Of a stretch of DNA of 64,000 nucleotides, positions 50,487 through 62,000 are shown one piece after another. Origin of the DNA: Marsupella aquatica. Taxonomy: Eukaryota > Plantae > Marchantiophyta. Both the position numbers and the translations under genes were made by a program. The notes under the pieces are model-generated. The model saw only the letters and a list, made by a program, of their open reading frames with translations, had not been told where the DNA came from and ran no database searches. Numbering within the stretch: position 1 is the first letter of the stretch; each line of letters begins with the position of its first letter. Where the stretch lies: positions 7,371,808 to 7,435,807 of the forward strand of contig OZ316891.1 in NCBI GenBank assembly GCA_973895155.1. Direction: 5' to 3'.

Positions 50487-51640
50487 TGTTCATCCGAGCT
50501 CCCCTATGGCCCAAGCCCGGAATGGCCATTCGGGGAGGACTTAGCGTGGGGAGACTTTGGGCAATGGGCATGGCACAGGCGAAGGCAAGGCGCTACTTAG
50601 CCGGTGACACACACTAGGACTTAGGCTAGTAGTCGTAGAACTCGACTACCTTAACACTTAGTTCAGCTCCCTTATGGTCCAGGCCTGGATAGGCCATCCA
50701 GGGAGGACTTAGCATGGGGAGACTTGTGAGCAACAGGGCGTGGCACTGGCGAAGGCAAGGCGCTAAGCTAGTGACACACACTAAGGACTTAGACTAGCTG
50801 AGGGCGGGTCAGGTCAAGGGGAAAAGGGCTGGCTCAAGGTCGACCGTCCAAACCCCCAGACGGACTTTGAATTCTGAGGGCTTGAGTGAGAGCTCCTCTT
50901 GGGCCAAGGCCAATGGAGTTGATTCCATGGGAAACGGATGCTTGTGGTGCGAGTTATGGCCCGATCCGGGCTTGGCCGATTGGGGGCCCCGGGTAACAAT
51001 GGGATCTGAGGGCCTAGGCATGAGCAGTGGGTCAGCTTGATCACAATGGGCTAAGGCACTCTCAGGGGCACTCTGCTTGCGGACGCCTAACTAGAAGTTA
51101 TGGGCATTGTCACTTGGCGGCGCGCCCAGACATGCGGGGTTGGGGTCCAAGTAGGCCAAAATTTGGGGACCAAAGTTGGTCCAAGGATCGCAGGTCTCCA
51201 GAAGCATATATGAGGGGAGTGGTGTCTCCCTGGTGGCTAAGTGCGAGCCAAATTCGTGAGCCGGGTCGGTCGCGACACTAAGGGAAAATGCCAAACGGAA
51301 ACAACGATAACACGTGAGGTCTGTTGGAGGACTTCTTGGGTGCATTGGAAAGCTCTCGAGGAGGGCTACATCCTCGTGAGATCAACTGGGTCTAGGGGTG
51401 CCATAGGTTTGCGGGGGTTTGCGGGGCTCTTGCCCTCTTGCCAAATCCTACTGAAACAACAGCCAAGCCGCGTTCAGTCTCTCAAGGGAGCTTGCATTGG
51501 GGAGGCAAGGCCAAGTAGGCATGGAGGTTGAGTTCCAAGGGCACTTGGCTCCTACACCATCAGTGGGGCAAGAACCGAGAGTTAACCAGAGTCGGGCCAG
51601 TCTGGTCCTGACGTGTTGGGACAAGCTTTAGGACAAGCTA
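50487..51640 (+). mobile_element. LTR-like GC-rich remnant with internal ~170-bp tandem duplication
   Basis: Abrupt AT-to-GC shift at a TG; AGCTCCC..GGGAGGACTTAGC[G/A]TGGGGAGAC..GGCGAAGGCAAGGCGCTA..GTGACACACACTA occurs twice (~50497, ~50665); homology to 31.5 kb. No TSD found. Confidence 0.55.
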
Positions 51641-52000
51641 CGCTATTCACAAGGAGGATATGCATGGTCGAGGAGTTGGGGATTTCCCCACCTGACTTGG
51701 TGAATCAGTGTACCATAACAAAGAAGTGGGGATTCCGGACATCTTAGGGAATTTGGTTAAAAATACCCATGCTTTCCCATACATAACGAGGGATTTGATA
51801 CTTCTAGCAGTTCGACGTTTCCCTGGGGTAATTTGCCTATGTGTCCCACAGGCGTGACATTTGGGGCGTTTCCCGTAATATACCCAACTACAAAAGGGTT
51901 TAGCGCCTCTGCATTTCCCCACATTTGTGTGTTTATTTGTATAAGCCGGAGGCAGTTGGCATAATCCAGGTCCTTGGATGGTTGCGCTCTCCGCAACATC

Positions 52001-52970
52001 CGTGTGCATATTACCCGCATACCGTGGGGTATCGCTGGGGTATTTGGGATGTCAACGTCCAATTGCCGCTCTCCAAGTGGCTTCGCTGAGGTGTGCAGGA
52101 TGATATTCATCTCCACCATCCAATTTTGCTATGGTAAAGTGGGGATTCCATGTGCATATTACCCGCAAACCGTGGGGTATCGCTGGGGTATTTGGGATGT
52201 CAGCGTCCAATTGTCGCTCTCCAAGTGGCTTTGCTGAGGTGTGCAGGATGATATTCATCTCCACCATCCAATTTTGCTGTGGTAAAGTGGGGATTCCGTG
52301 TGCATATTACCCGCATACCGTGGGGTATCGCTGGGGTATTTGGGATGTCAGCATCCAATTGCCGCTCTCCAAGTGGCTTCGCTGAGGTGTGCAGGATGAT
52401 ATTCATCTCCACCATCCAATTTTGCTGTGGTAAAGTGGGGATTCCGTGTGCATATTACCCGCATACATTAGTGTATCTCTGGGGTATTTGGGTTGTCAGC
52501 GTCCAATGGCCGCTCTCCAGGTGGCTTCGTTGGCAGCCCTGGAGGTGTGCAGGATGATATGCATCTCCACCATCCAAATTTCCTGTTGTAAAGTGGGGGT
52601 TCTGTGTGCATATTACCCGCATACCCTGGGGTATCGTTGGGGTATTTGGTATGCCACTTCCAATTGCCACTCTCCAGGTGGCTTCGCTAACAGCCTTGGA
52701 GGTTTGCAGGATGATATGCATCTTCACCGTCCAGATTTCCTATGTCGAAGCGGGGATTACTTGTGCATTTTACCTGCATACCGTGGGGTATTTGTAGGGT
52801 ATTTTTGATTCCAGGCTTCTTGCTGCGTCAAATTGCATCCGCATCGTCAAATTCCAGGATAATGTGCATCCGCATCGTCCAAATTGCCTACGATGAAGTG
52901 GGGATTCACGATGTAACGCCTATGTATTGTGGGGTATTGGGGGATCCTCACGTATTACCAATGGGGTATT
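52001..52970 (+). repeat. 148-bp tandem satellite, about 6 copies, decaying rightwards
   Basis: Near-identical units at 52001, 52149, 52297, 52445, then ~160-bp diverged units near 52605 and 52763 (GTGCATATTACCCGCATACCGTGGGGTATCGCTGGGGTATTTGG..). Confidence 0.95.
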
Positions 52971-53360
52971 AAAAATGTCTGGCGTCCCTAGATGAATTGC
53001 ATCAAAAACCATCCAGTCATATTGCCAATGAATACCATGAAATGTTGATGGGTATCGTGAATGTAAGGTTCTTTATTGGGCCCAGCTTACGCAAATCAAA
53101 TTTCTAATATGGTTTTGAATCATTTCCTCATAGCGTTGTAAATAAGATCACAGTGAGTTGAGTAGCATTCATTTGTACATTAGAAACTAAGTACGTTAGC
53201 AACTCCCATCTCTCTCTCTCTATATATATGTATATATATATGTGAAACACGAAGCAAGTAGTGGTGGCCCTTGGTCAATATATAATGCAATCATATTCAT
53301 AACATGTCTAGCTTGTGCCGTTCATAGAGCGATGCAAGTATGCTATCTATGTAGTGAGTA

Positions 53361-56300
53361 CTATACCTCTTCCCCGGCTTTCTTCATAGCATTTTCAGTG
53401 AAGATCCTTTGTTGGCCATCGGCATTTAAAGCCGGAAGATGTGTAACGATCACTACATTTTGCTCTACAATCCACCTGGCCACCATGTCCAATAACTCTG
53501 ATGCATTCTTCTGAGCGTGTTTGGTGAATGGCTTGGGGGTAGTCTTTGACCGCTTGTTTGTATCTGCTACAAACGTGCGCAATTTGGCCTCCACTTTGTA
53601 GGTCTTCATCAAACCCATGGCTCTCATGCACAATACTAGTTTGGCGTCTTTGGTGAGCTTTTCAAAATTCTGCAAAAGTTACAGTCTTTGGTGAGCTTTT
53701 TAAAATATGGTAGTACACCAATGACAAGCTATAAATGATTATTTACAGAATCGTGCAAAACTTCTCAGTATATGCTTACTATATTGGAGTCTCCAGAAGC
53801 CTGGGACTTGTTACTTCTCGTCGACCGGGTTCCTTGAGCACACAAAACTTCTTCCTGGTTTGCCTGTACATATATAATGACCACATAATGAGACCACAAG
53901 AGTACGTTCCATACATACAATTTCTGTCTACACATTGTACACAATGATGGCTGCAACCTAATAAAGACTGCTGGCTTACAATGGATGGAAATAAGAAATC
54001 ATACCATGTTTTTGCCGGTCAACAACCGTTCCCTTGCATCCTCCTGTACCTTTGTTGAAATAGCTCGAAATGAAGGTACGTTTTCTTTGCCTGGGTTTGG
54101 ACCCTTGCCTCTTCGTGCTCTACTCAATGGTTGATTTAGGTCCCGAATGCTTGCAAGGACTCCACCTTGTTCCTTCTCGGTCTTAACCTGCCATGCATAT
54201 GTGGATGTGCAAATCATTGTATATATTGGTGAACCTAGGCTCAAAGTAGAATGAATTGCAAAGTCATATACATCACTTACAATAGAACTTTTAGGCCATT
54301 ATAATAATTGCAATATACAAAACCTATACATACAATGATATATGATATATACCTTGGACAGTAGCGGGTTGTTTCCCCCTGCAGGACTGCTCTCAATCTT
54401 TTGTCTTTTTACCTGAAAAATAAGTATAAAGCAAACTCGGTGTCTTAATTTTAATTACGTACGTATGATATATAAGAACGCAACTAGCATGACAAAATAC
54501 TCGTACCTCCGGTTCTGGTTGATCATTAGGCCTTATATTAGTGTCTTCATCATCATCGTCAGATTCAATGTAAAGTTGGGTGGATATAGTGAAGCAATCA
54601 ACTTGCAAGTTGATAGTTGATGTTGACGATGTTTTCTCCTGGCTGCATGTAGTGGTATCCAGTACTTCAGTATCCTCGCTTGGCTCTCCATCGCTGGACC
54701 TGACCGCATCATCTGCTTTGCTTTCCTCTCTATGCTCTACTTCCGCCCCTCCCTCTGCATCTTCTTCATGGCCAGCTAATGCCAACACTCGCTTCTTCGG
54801 TTTTGAAAGAGGGTTTTCCTCAACGTCAGGCATCTCTGGTAACCCCGCTCCATTGGAGGCCTTTCCTGAGACAGCAGAACCCTCAGGAGAGGGACCTATC
54901 TCCGGTAACCCCGCTCTCTTGGAGGTCTTTCCTGAGACAGCAGAACCCTGAGGAGAGGGACCTGAATACGATTGGCATACTTTATGAGCCAGATTGGGAC
55001 TCATGGAACAATATGCTCTCGGAACAAAAATGGACATGTCCTGCAATATGTACATGCACATCAATAGTGACGGTGCATGAGTGCCAGGGAATCTTGCAAT
55101 ATAAATATATTGTAGAAAACCACATTCATTCAACATCTCTACCTCTCGATACATATCGACTGGGCAACATGAAAAAACCTGCAAAACCCGGAGAAGCAGA
55201 TTCATTCCGATGCAATGAACCTAGGGTTGGTAAATGGATATATATATTTATATATGTATATGGCACCATACTTACTGGTTTTAAGTGCCCAAACTGTACC
55301 ATCTGCAGACCCTTTGAAGGTGTCATTAATGGCACCCAGTAAGGCGCCAGCAATGACGGATTACCATCAGACAAGGCCTTCATGAACTTAATCTTCCACC
55401 ATCTCACTTTCTTAATAACATGGACGCTCTCTGGTATTCCACGACCAACGACCTCTCCACTGTACTGCCCCCTATACCTTACAGACTTATCGGCGTCTCT
55501 CATTTGCAGTTCTACCAAGGTCACCTTGAATGCATGTGCACGAAGTTCCACAAAAATCTCCGGGTATGATTGTCCATGTCCAATGGCAATCGCTTCATCT
55601 GCATCTGGTTCTACCTTCATATCTGCAAAATCAGTCGGCTCCTTTTTTCGGGCCGTAGGGATGGCACCTGCAATGAAATTCAGTGCAAGTACTTGAGGTT
55701 AATTCCAGGGTATTTCCAGGTTATTTCCAAGTTGCGAAACATAGAACACAGTTCATTGCCAAAATCAATGGCACTGCGCTAACTAATGAATAGGGGATTT
55801 AGGAGTTGCGGTCATGATTATACAGCTGGGAAATTTTCCCTCACTCTACTATTCTAGGCCTAACTCAAAAGTCCACGCAGTTTGGATTACTATGACAAGT
55901 TAGGACAAGATACAAACTATTCCCATGGAGACTAGCGCAGCCTGCACTTCGGGAAAGTAAAGCCGCCAGCTGCGATGACCTTCTGATCAATCAGAAGCCT
56001 ATGTGGCAAATACCTTACATAGGATACCAAGAAGATAAGGCTGGCCTCAGTTTCCCTCCAGTTTCAGAGGGATCATTTCCGCGGGAACGATTCCAAAGGT
56101 ACTAAAGAGTGGAGGTCATTGACCGTAGCTCACACCTCCCACTCTAAGTGTTCGATCCTCCTCTATGCGAGCTTAGACAACTTCAGAATAAGTTTTACAC
56201 GTTCGCGCCCGATAACATCATCCAAAACATGGAAGTCCACAGGCCACCTGCGGATCTTTGTACTACGTGGGAGAATTCTCTGTCAAATCCCATGCCACCT

Positions 56301-57492
56301 TGTGCGATATCCTGTAATGTGTTTTGGATTTGGTAGAAATTATTGGCAGCACTCGGAGTCAATTCTTTTGATTGCAATAGTTTTTGCTTATGATTTGAGT
56401 TTGAAATGTGCTCGCAGGTCAAATACAGGGTTCTCGTATACTTCAAAGCGAAAGCAGATCTTACCTAACCCTTTACCACCCACTTCTTCCTTAGCCCGGG
56501 CTTACTAGTAAATATCCTACACTACCACTTACGCATCCTTGAAACTCATTATCGATTTCACCGATCCCAAGGCTGGCCAGCCACCCCCTGTACACCGATC
56601 CTTAGAAACCAACTAAACCATATATCTTCTTCGTGTCCGGTGCGCTCTGATTGATGGAACAGGTATGAATCTGGATGTTCAATGATACAGACTCCGCGAT
56701 CTATTTTCATGCAACATGCATCATTAATTACATATGGTATGTGGAATGTTTTGTAGGCTACGCAGGTCATATGAAACAGGTAGAGCATTAATATCAGAGG
56801 AAGTGAAGAAGCAGATGTGACGTAGTTTGTTCTGCCGGTGCGAGGTATGTGAGGGGTATGTTTGGGGTATTTGTGGTTATGCTCGTTCCAACACTAATGT
56901 TACAAGGTTAGTATGAGAATGAACTCGGATATTTAGAACAGACCACACTTTTTGAGTCTTTGAGATTATAGTTGAAGCAATATACATCATGAGCGCCATG
57001 CTGACAAAGGTGTTGTGGCATCGTCCGAGGCCGATGCCTGTTTTGTGGCAACCGCCCGGGTTGCCAGTATGCTGTCCACCCCCCCTTGCCAACCGGTATG
57101 CAGTGGTAAGTTGTCGCAAAAGATAATTTTATGACCTATTTTACGCATATGGAAGTTGTCGTCTATTTTTTCATGATTACTTACTTCTTCATTGAGTTGC
57201 AGGCGTTGCCCCGACCTTCAAAGTGCGAACTCCATTATTCATTTACATACATTACCCATCAATTCTCCATAAATATAATGAACACCTACTGGAACAAGAA
57301 CACATCTGCCATAAATGTATTGTTTGGGGTCACGTTGTTTTTACGGTTGTCTATATGCTTGTGTTTTTTTCCCTTCCTGGTCGTTGGGATCGATGGAGCC
57401 GCGGATCCGCCCAATGAGTTTCAGGTGTTTCTCTGTTTTTTTGGTCTGTTGATGTCCGGAGATTGGGGAGGGGCCCTTACCCAATTCTCCAT
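53361..57492 (-). pseudogene. Decayed multi-exon transposon accessory gene(s) in the TnpA-like position
   Basis: Exon-like pieces ~57490-57290, ~56650-56020 (many stops), ~55668-55275, ~55040-54506 (acidic, 60-bp internal duplication), ~54188-54005, ~53669-53361, several with plausible GT/AG ends. No family recognised. Confidence 0.4.
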
Positions 57493-57981
57493 GAACTATG
57501 ATGACCCACTACATGATGTCGCTGCGATCCACAAAAGCGCTATAGTGGCTGAGTTCTATTTGTTGTCCTGTATCAGAGTTTGAAGTTGGAAGTTTTCCTT
57601 GAGAAATTGCGCACAAATTGCAAAATGAAAAATTCCGAGACCCATTCATCGATTAAACACTAGCCGAGACCCATTCATCGATTAAACACCAGCCGATTAA
57701 CACCCAATTACTTTTTGGTACGTTTTAACAAACGCATCGTGGACATCACAACCTTCATTTAACAGATGCAGGTCCGAGCGCCCCTTTATTGCACATTGAA
57801 AATAAGTCGACCATTCACATACATACATTCTGGTCCCACTTGCCCCACAAACCAAGCATACACGTTATGCCATATCAAACCAAAATGGCAGGTCATTGCA
57901 TGGCCTGTAGGAACCTTACAAACTAAAAGACTCCTGCCCAAAATGCCAAACCGTCGTACGTTGTGCTTGCATCTGGTCACA

Positions 57982-58686
57982 TCAGATATGAGTTGCATCC
58001 AAACTATCAAGCAGGTCCTGCAATCTACATCTAACAGAACTAAGCTGCGACGCCGTGGCCGGGTCTGAAGCATTAATAGATGATCTTGAAGATTCTGTTG
58101 TATGCCTCCCTCGTGCAGTATGATAACTTGAAGGTACACTGTCCATCTTCAACTTCGTCTTCCGTGGAGTGACAGAAGTAGGCACCACAGAATGCAAGAT
58201 CTCACAGTCATCATCGCTTACAGGTGACAAGGAATTAATAATGGCCTCACCATCTTTGCAGCGGATCACTACGTCCACACATTCCATCTTTGTTGTAGCT
58301 CTATGGACAGTAGCAAACTGGACAAAGTCTTCCTTCTCGCTAAAATCCTGCGGAGGCATCCCTATGAGATCAGTTGCTGCATCAAAAATCTTAGCTCGCA
58401 CTGGAGGGAAGTGTGGCTCGATAGTAGAGTCAACCAGGAACACCTCAAAACGATACCTTTCTGTCCAGGTCCCAGCAGCAACCGAATTATGGGGACATCG
58501 ACTTGACCCTTCAACAATGCGATTACACATCCACCCAGGTGTCACGAAGCGAGTGCATCCATGGTATAGAAACTTCGGCGGAAAATCGATTGGAGCATCA
58601 AAATTGACCACAAAAACCCTCATCGATGGGAAGGTCCTCGTTTCTCCAGCATTGCAGCAGCCAACGACATCTTTAAGTGTGGCCAT
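57982..58686 (-). CDS. RPA70 C-terminal-like OB-fold/zinc-ribbon ssDNA-binding protein, 234 aa from ATG 58686
   Basis: Intact ORF: FLYHGC..MCNRIV..RCPH..TERYRFEVFLVDST..AKIFDAATDLIGMPPQDF matches the Rep_fac-A_C pattern Y.AC..CNKKV..C..RY.L...DxTG..F..A..L.G. Confidence 0.7.
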   Translation of the reverse strand: MATLKDVVGCCNAGETRTFPSMRVFVVNFDAPIDFPPKFLYHGCTRFVTPGWMCNRIVEGSSRCPHNSVAAGTWTERYRFEVFLVDSTIEPHFPPVRAKIFDAATDLIGMPPQDFSEKEDFVQFATVHRATTKMECVDVVIRCKDGEAIINSLSPVSDDDCEILHSVVPTSVTPRKTKLKMDSVPSSYHTARGRHTTESSRSSINASDPATASQLSSVRCRLQDLLDSLDATHI

Positions 58687-59670
58687 GTCTCTGAAAAGAG
58701 CCGCCCAGTAGAAATCCAAACAATAGTGGCGAAGGGCAGGCACTCAGCCGGGCGCAAGCACTACTCAGGAAGGGACAAATACCGATCTGCAATGGTTGCG
58801 AATCAAATGACAAGCCGGACTGCAGAACACTTGACAAATTGTGCAGAGTTGTCACTAGATAAGTACATTATCGTGGGGCGCAAAGTGAATGCAAGTAGAG
58901 GATCTAGAAGGGAGACCTGGAGTTTAGGGCCGAGTTTTGGGAGACGTTGATTTTACGGGGACGTTGACTTTACGGAAGTGGAGCTTTGGGAGACGTTCAT
59001 TTTAGAGAGACGCAGAGTTTTTCTCTTGGGAGACATGGCGGACACTTCGTGTACTTGGGCACGTTTTAATGGAGTAAATATGCGGCAAAATAAATCAAAT
59101 AAAAAAAGACTTTGTCTCCTTCCGTTCTAAATTTCTCTCCCTTCCCCTAACATAAATCTGAGTTTTCATTTTCTGAAGGCATTGGCTGAACTTGTGGGAG
59201 CTTTCCTTACATACATTGAATCTTATAGAGGTTGCTATATGGCTGAACTTGTGATGAGGGGCCTAAAACAGGGCCCATAATAATGTCTACAATACTTTGT
59301 CAGTGCCATGTGCCACATGTTTCAAATGTTGGATCTAGGCCCTTATATTGCCAGTTATATGGACCATTGGCACACTTTATGTCACATCATGATGACTTAC
59401 AAGGGGAGAGTTTTTAACACATTTTCCTGCTTTTAAGGTGAAGTTATAAGGGTTTTTGAAGAGGAGGGACACAAAAGCATTGGGTGAGGCAGGGGTCATT
59501 TTGCATTTTAAAACTCTATTTTCTTTTCTTTAGGGGGGGGGGGGGGGTTCACGCACTTAGTATATATTATTACATAAATATGAGAAACATAAAAATAAGA
59601 TTGGAAATGATTATCATTTCCTTGCCAAGTCCTGTGAAACGCGACCAAACATACAGCTAGGCAGGCGTAT

Positions 59671-60152
59671 TAATTAATTTAAGGATGAAACATGGAGGTA
59701 GCTCAGGGTGGGTGGAGGTGGGGGTCACTTCCACCCATTAAATGTTCACATCATGTGCAAATGATCGAAGTAAGGGGCCTTTTATTTATTACCCTAACCC
59801 TAAACCCTAAACCCTAAGACTTGCGCACATATATGCATGCATGCATATGTGGAAGGTTAATTAATTTAAGGATGAAGTATGGAGGTAGCTCAGGGTGGGT
59901 GGGGGTGGGGGTCACTTCCACAAATTCAATGTTCACATCATGTGCAAATGATCGAAGTAAGGGGCCTTTTATTCATTACCCTAACCCTAAACCCTAAACC
60001 CTTACCCTAAACCCTAAACCCTAAGACTTGCACACATATATGCATGCATGCATATGTGGAAGGTTAATTAATTTAAGGATGAAGTATGGAGGTAGCTCAG
60101 GGCGGGTGGGGGTGCGGGTCACTTCCACAAATTAAATGTTCACATCATGTGC
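59671..60152 (+). repeat. 187/207-bp tandem repeat (2.5 copies) with telomeric CCCTAAA tract, RY repeats and a G-run tract
   Basis: Units start 59671, 59858, 60065. Full units contain CCCTAA(CCCTAAA)n, CACATATATGCATGCATGCATATGTG and GGGTGGGTGG[A/G]GGTGGGGG. Confidence 0.9.
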
Positions 60153-62000
60153 ACCAAAGTATGGGGCGTTTCAGTCATTATTAATTTGTAAGGAAGTGCT
60201 TAGAAGTAGGGATGAAGTAAGGGGTAACAATTCAAAAAGTCCCACTTTTCATCACACAATTCATTGGTTGCCACATGTCAATAAATGATTGGTGGGTTTT
60301 GTGACCTTCCTATTCCTTTTTGAGAGAGTGATTAAATCAAACATGCATGTTCGCAGATGCATGTATAACAAGTTCAGTGATCCTAAGGTGAACTTGGGAG
60401 GTAGCTAGGTAGGTACCAATTGTCTCAGTCCCTTAACAATAGAACTTATAAAGCGCCAACTACAAGGTAGATCGAGTGAAACCTCTTAATTAAACTGGAA
60501 CTCCATGGCTCATCATGTGGATGAGAAAACTCATGACCAGTATGTCAAATAATAAGCATGTATGCCATTTGTCATGATTTATACGTACTATCCTCTATTC
60601 ATGTTTGTGCAAAGAACAGGTAGTGAAGGCTAGCTAGTATGATATGTCAATGGAAGGGTAATTTAAGGATTAATAATCCGTAATCTAAGGATTTTGAAGG
60701 TTGACCATCATTAACAAGTGTGACACTATATAAGAAGTGATCGAGAGTAAATACATGCCATTCTATATTCAAGTAAGTTAGATTACTTTTGGTGACAAGC
60801 AGATAGACTCTGAATTGATGTGTGTAACTTAACATTTTACAAATGAAGCTCAATTACATTTCAAACTTTATTAAAGTTTGACGAATTGAAAAGCGGATTA
60901 TGTACGTAATTATAAAATCAAAATCAAAGTAGAATCCCTCGGCCCTCCCTCTTTTGCTACATTAAGTGAACCCCCCTGAGAACAACCCCCCCCCCCCCAT
61001 GTATATCGTTTGATGCATTAAAAATGCCTTGTTATGCATGTAAAAACATTACTTATCCTATCACATTAGATCCTTTTGTAAATTAGTACTAGAAAATTAT
61101 TGTTCTTCCTGTGTTAATTTGTCTAAAACTCTGGTAGCTTATAGACTTCATGAAGGTAAACAAACTAGTACTAAAAATAAATTAACAAAGGGAATATTAG
61201 GCTACACTATATCCCTAGAGGAATATTCCATAGACTACATTACTTATTTAAACTTCAATATATTGCGCCATTACTCTATCTTCATTTAAGAAGGGGGTAT
61301 CAACCAATGACCTATTTTCAAATGGTACATTGGGGGTCCTTAACCCCAAAACAAATTGACATGAGCATGTAAGATTGAGGCAACAGGGTATTCAGGGTCA
61401 CACAATAATTAGTATGTGTGACACTAATCTTGTGACATTTGAGATGGCTGATGTCGTGGCCAGCCCCTATAACCAGGTGGTATGCATTTGGTGAACTGGA
61501 ATGCCATTAAAAAGCTTGGATGACAATTCTATTTACATAGACCATATTGTAAGAAAGGATGGGTCAGATACAAAATAAATAAAGACCTAGACAGGGCCCA
61601 ACAACAATTTCAATGTCCCAACAATAATAAAAAACATGCACTTTGAACCAAATATGTCAATAAATTCCCGGAGTAAGTTGCCCAAGAAAGAAAACCATAC
61701 ACATGAACTTCAAATTTGAATAGCATAAGCATGAATTCAACATGGTGAGTGACTGCCTTAGAGGGATTAGAGGCAGTGGCCCCGGGCTTGCAGGGTCAAC
61801 GATAAGGTTTCCCACCTGGCACATTCGCTCACATGCAACAAGGACGTTTGAATGCTTTCCCGGAGTCATGAATGCCGTGGGCCCCACCTAATTATGCACA
61901 GTATTCAACATAATAATGAACTTCTCCAATCGTCCTTCCGACAATCCCACCGCGCACATCCACCTCCTGAGGAATTCTGAATCGACTTCGTTGCAATATT

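Noticed and set aside
51647-52972. Several repeated 70-120-aa ORFs on both strands
   Set aside because: Translations of the 148-bp satellite; the period is not a multiple of 3.
59790-60025. True telomere or chromosome-fusion scar
   Set aside because: Only 4-7 units, embedded in a larger tandem monomer, single orientation.
53000-61900. Autonomous Helitron suggested by the RPA-like gene
   Set aside because: No Rep/helicase motifs or clear Helitron termini seen; a non-autonomous nested Helitron cannot be excluded.
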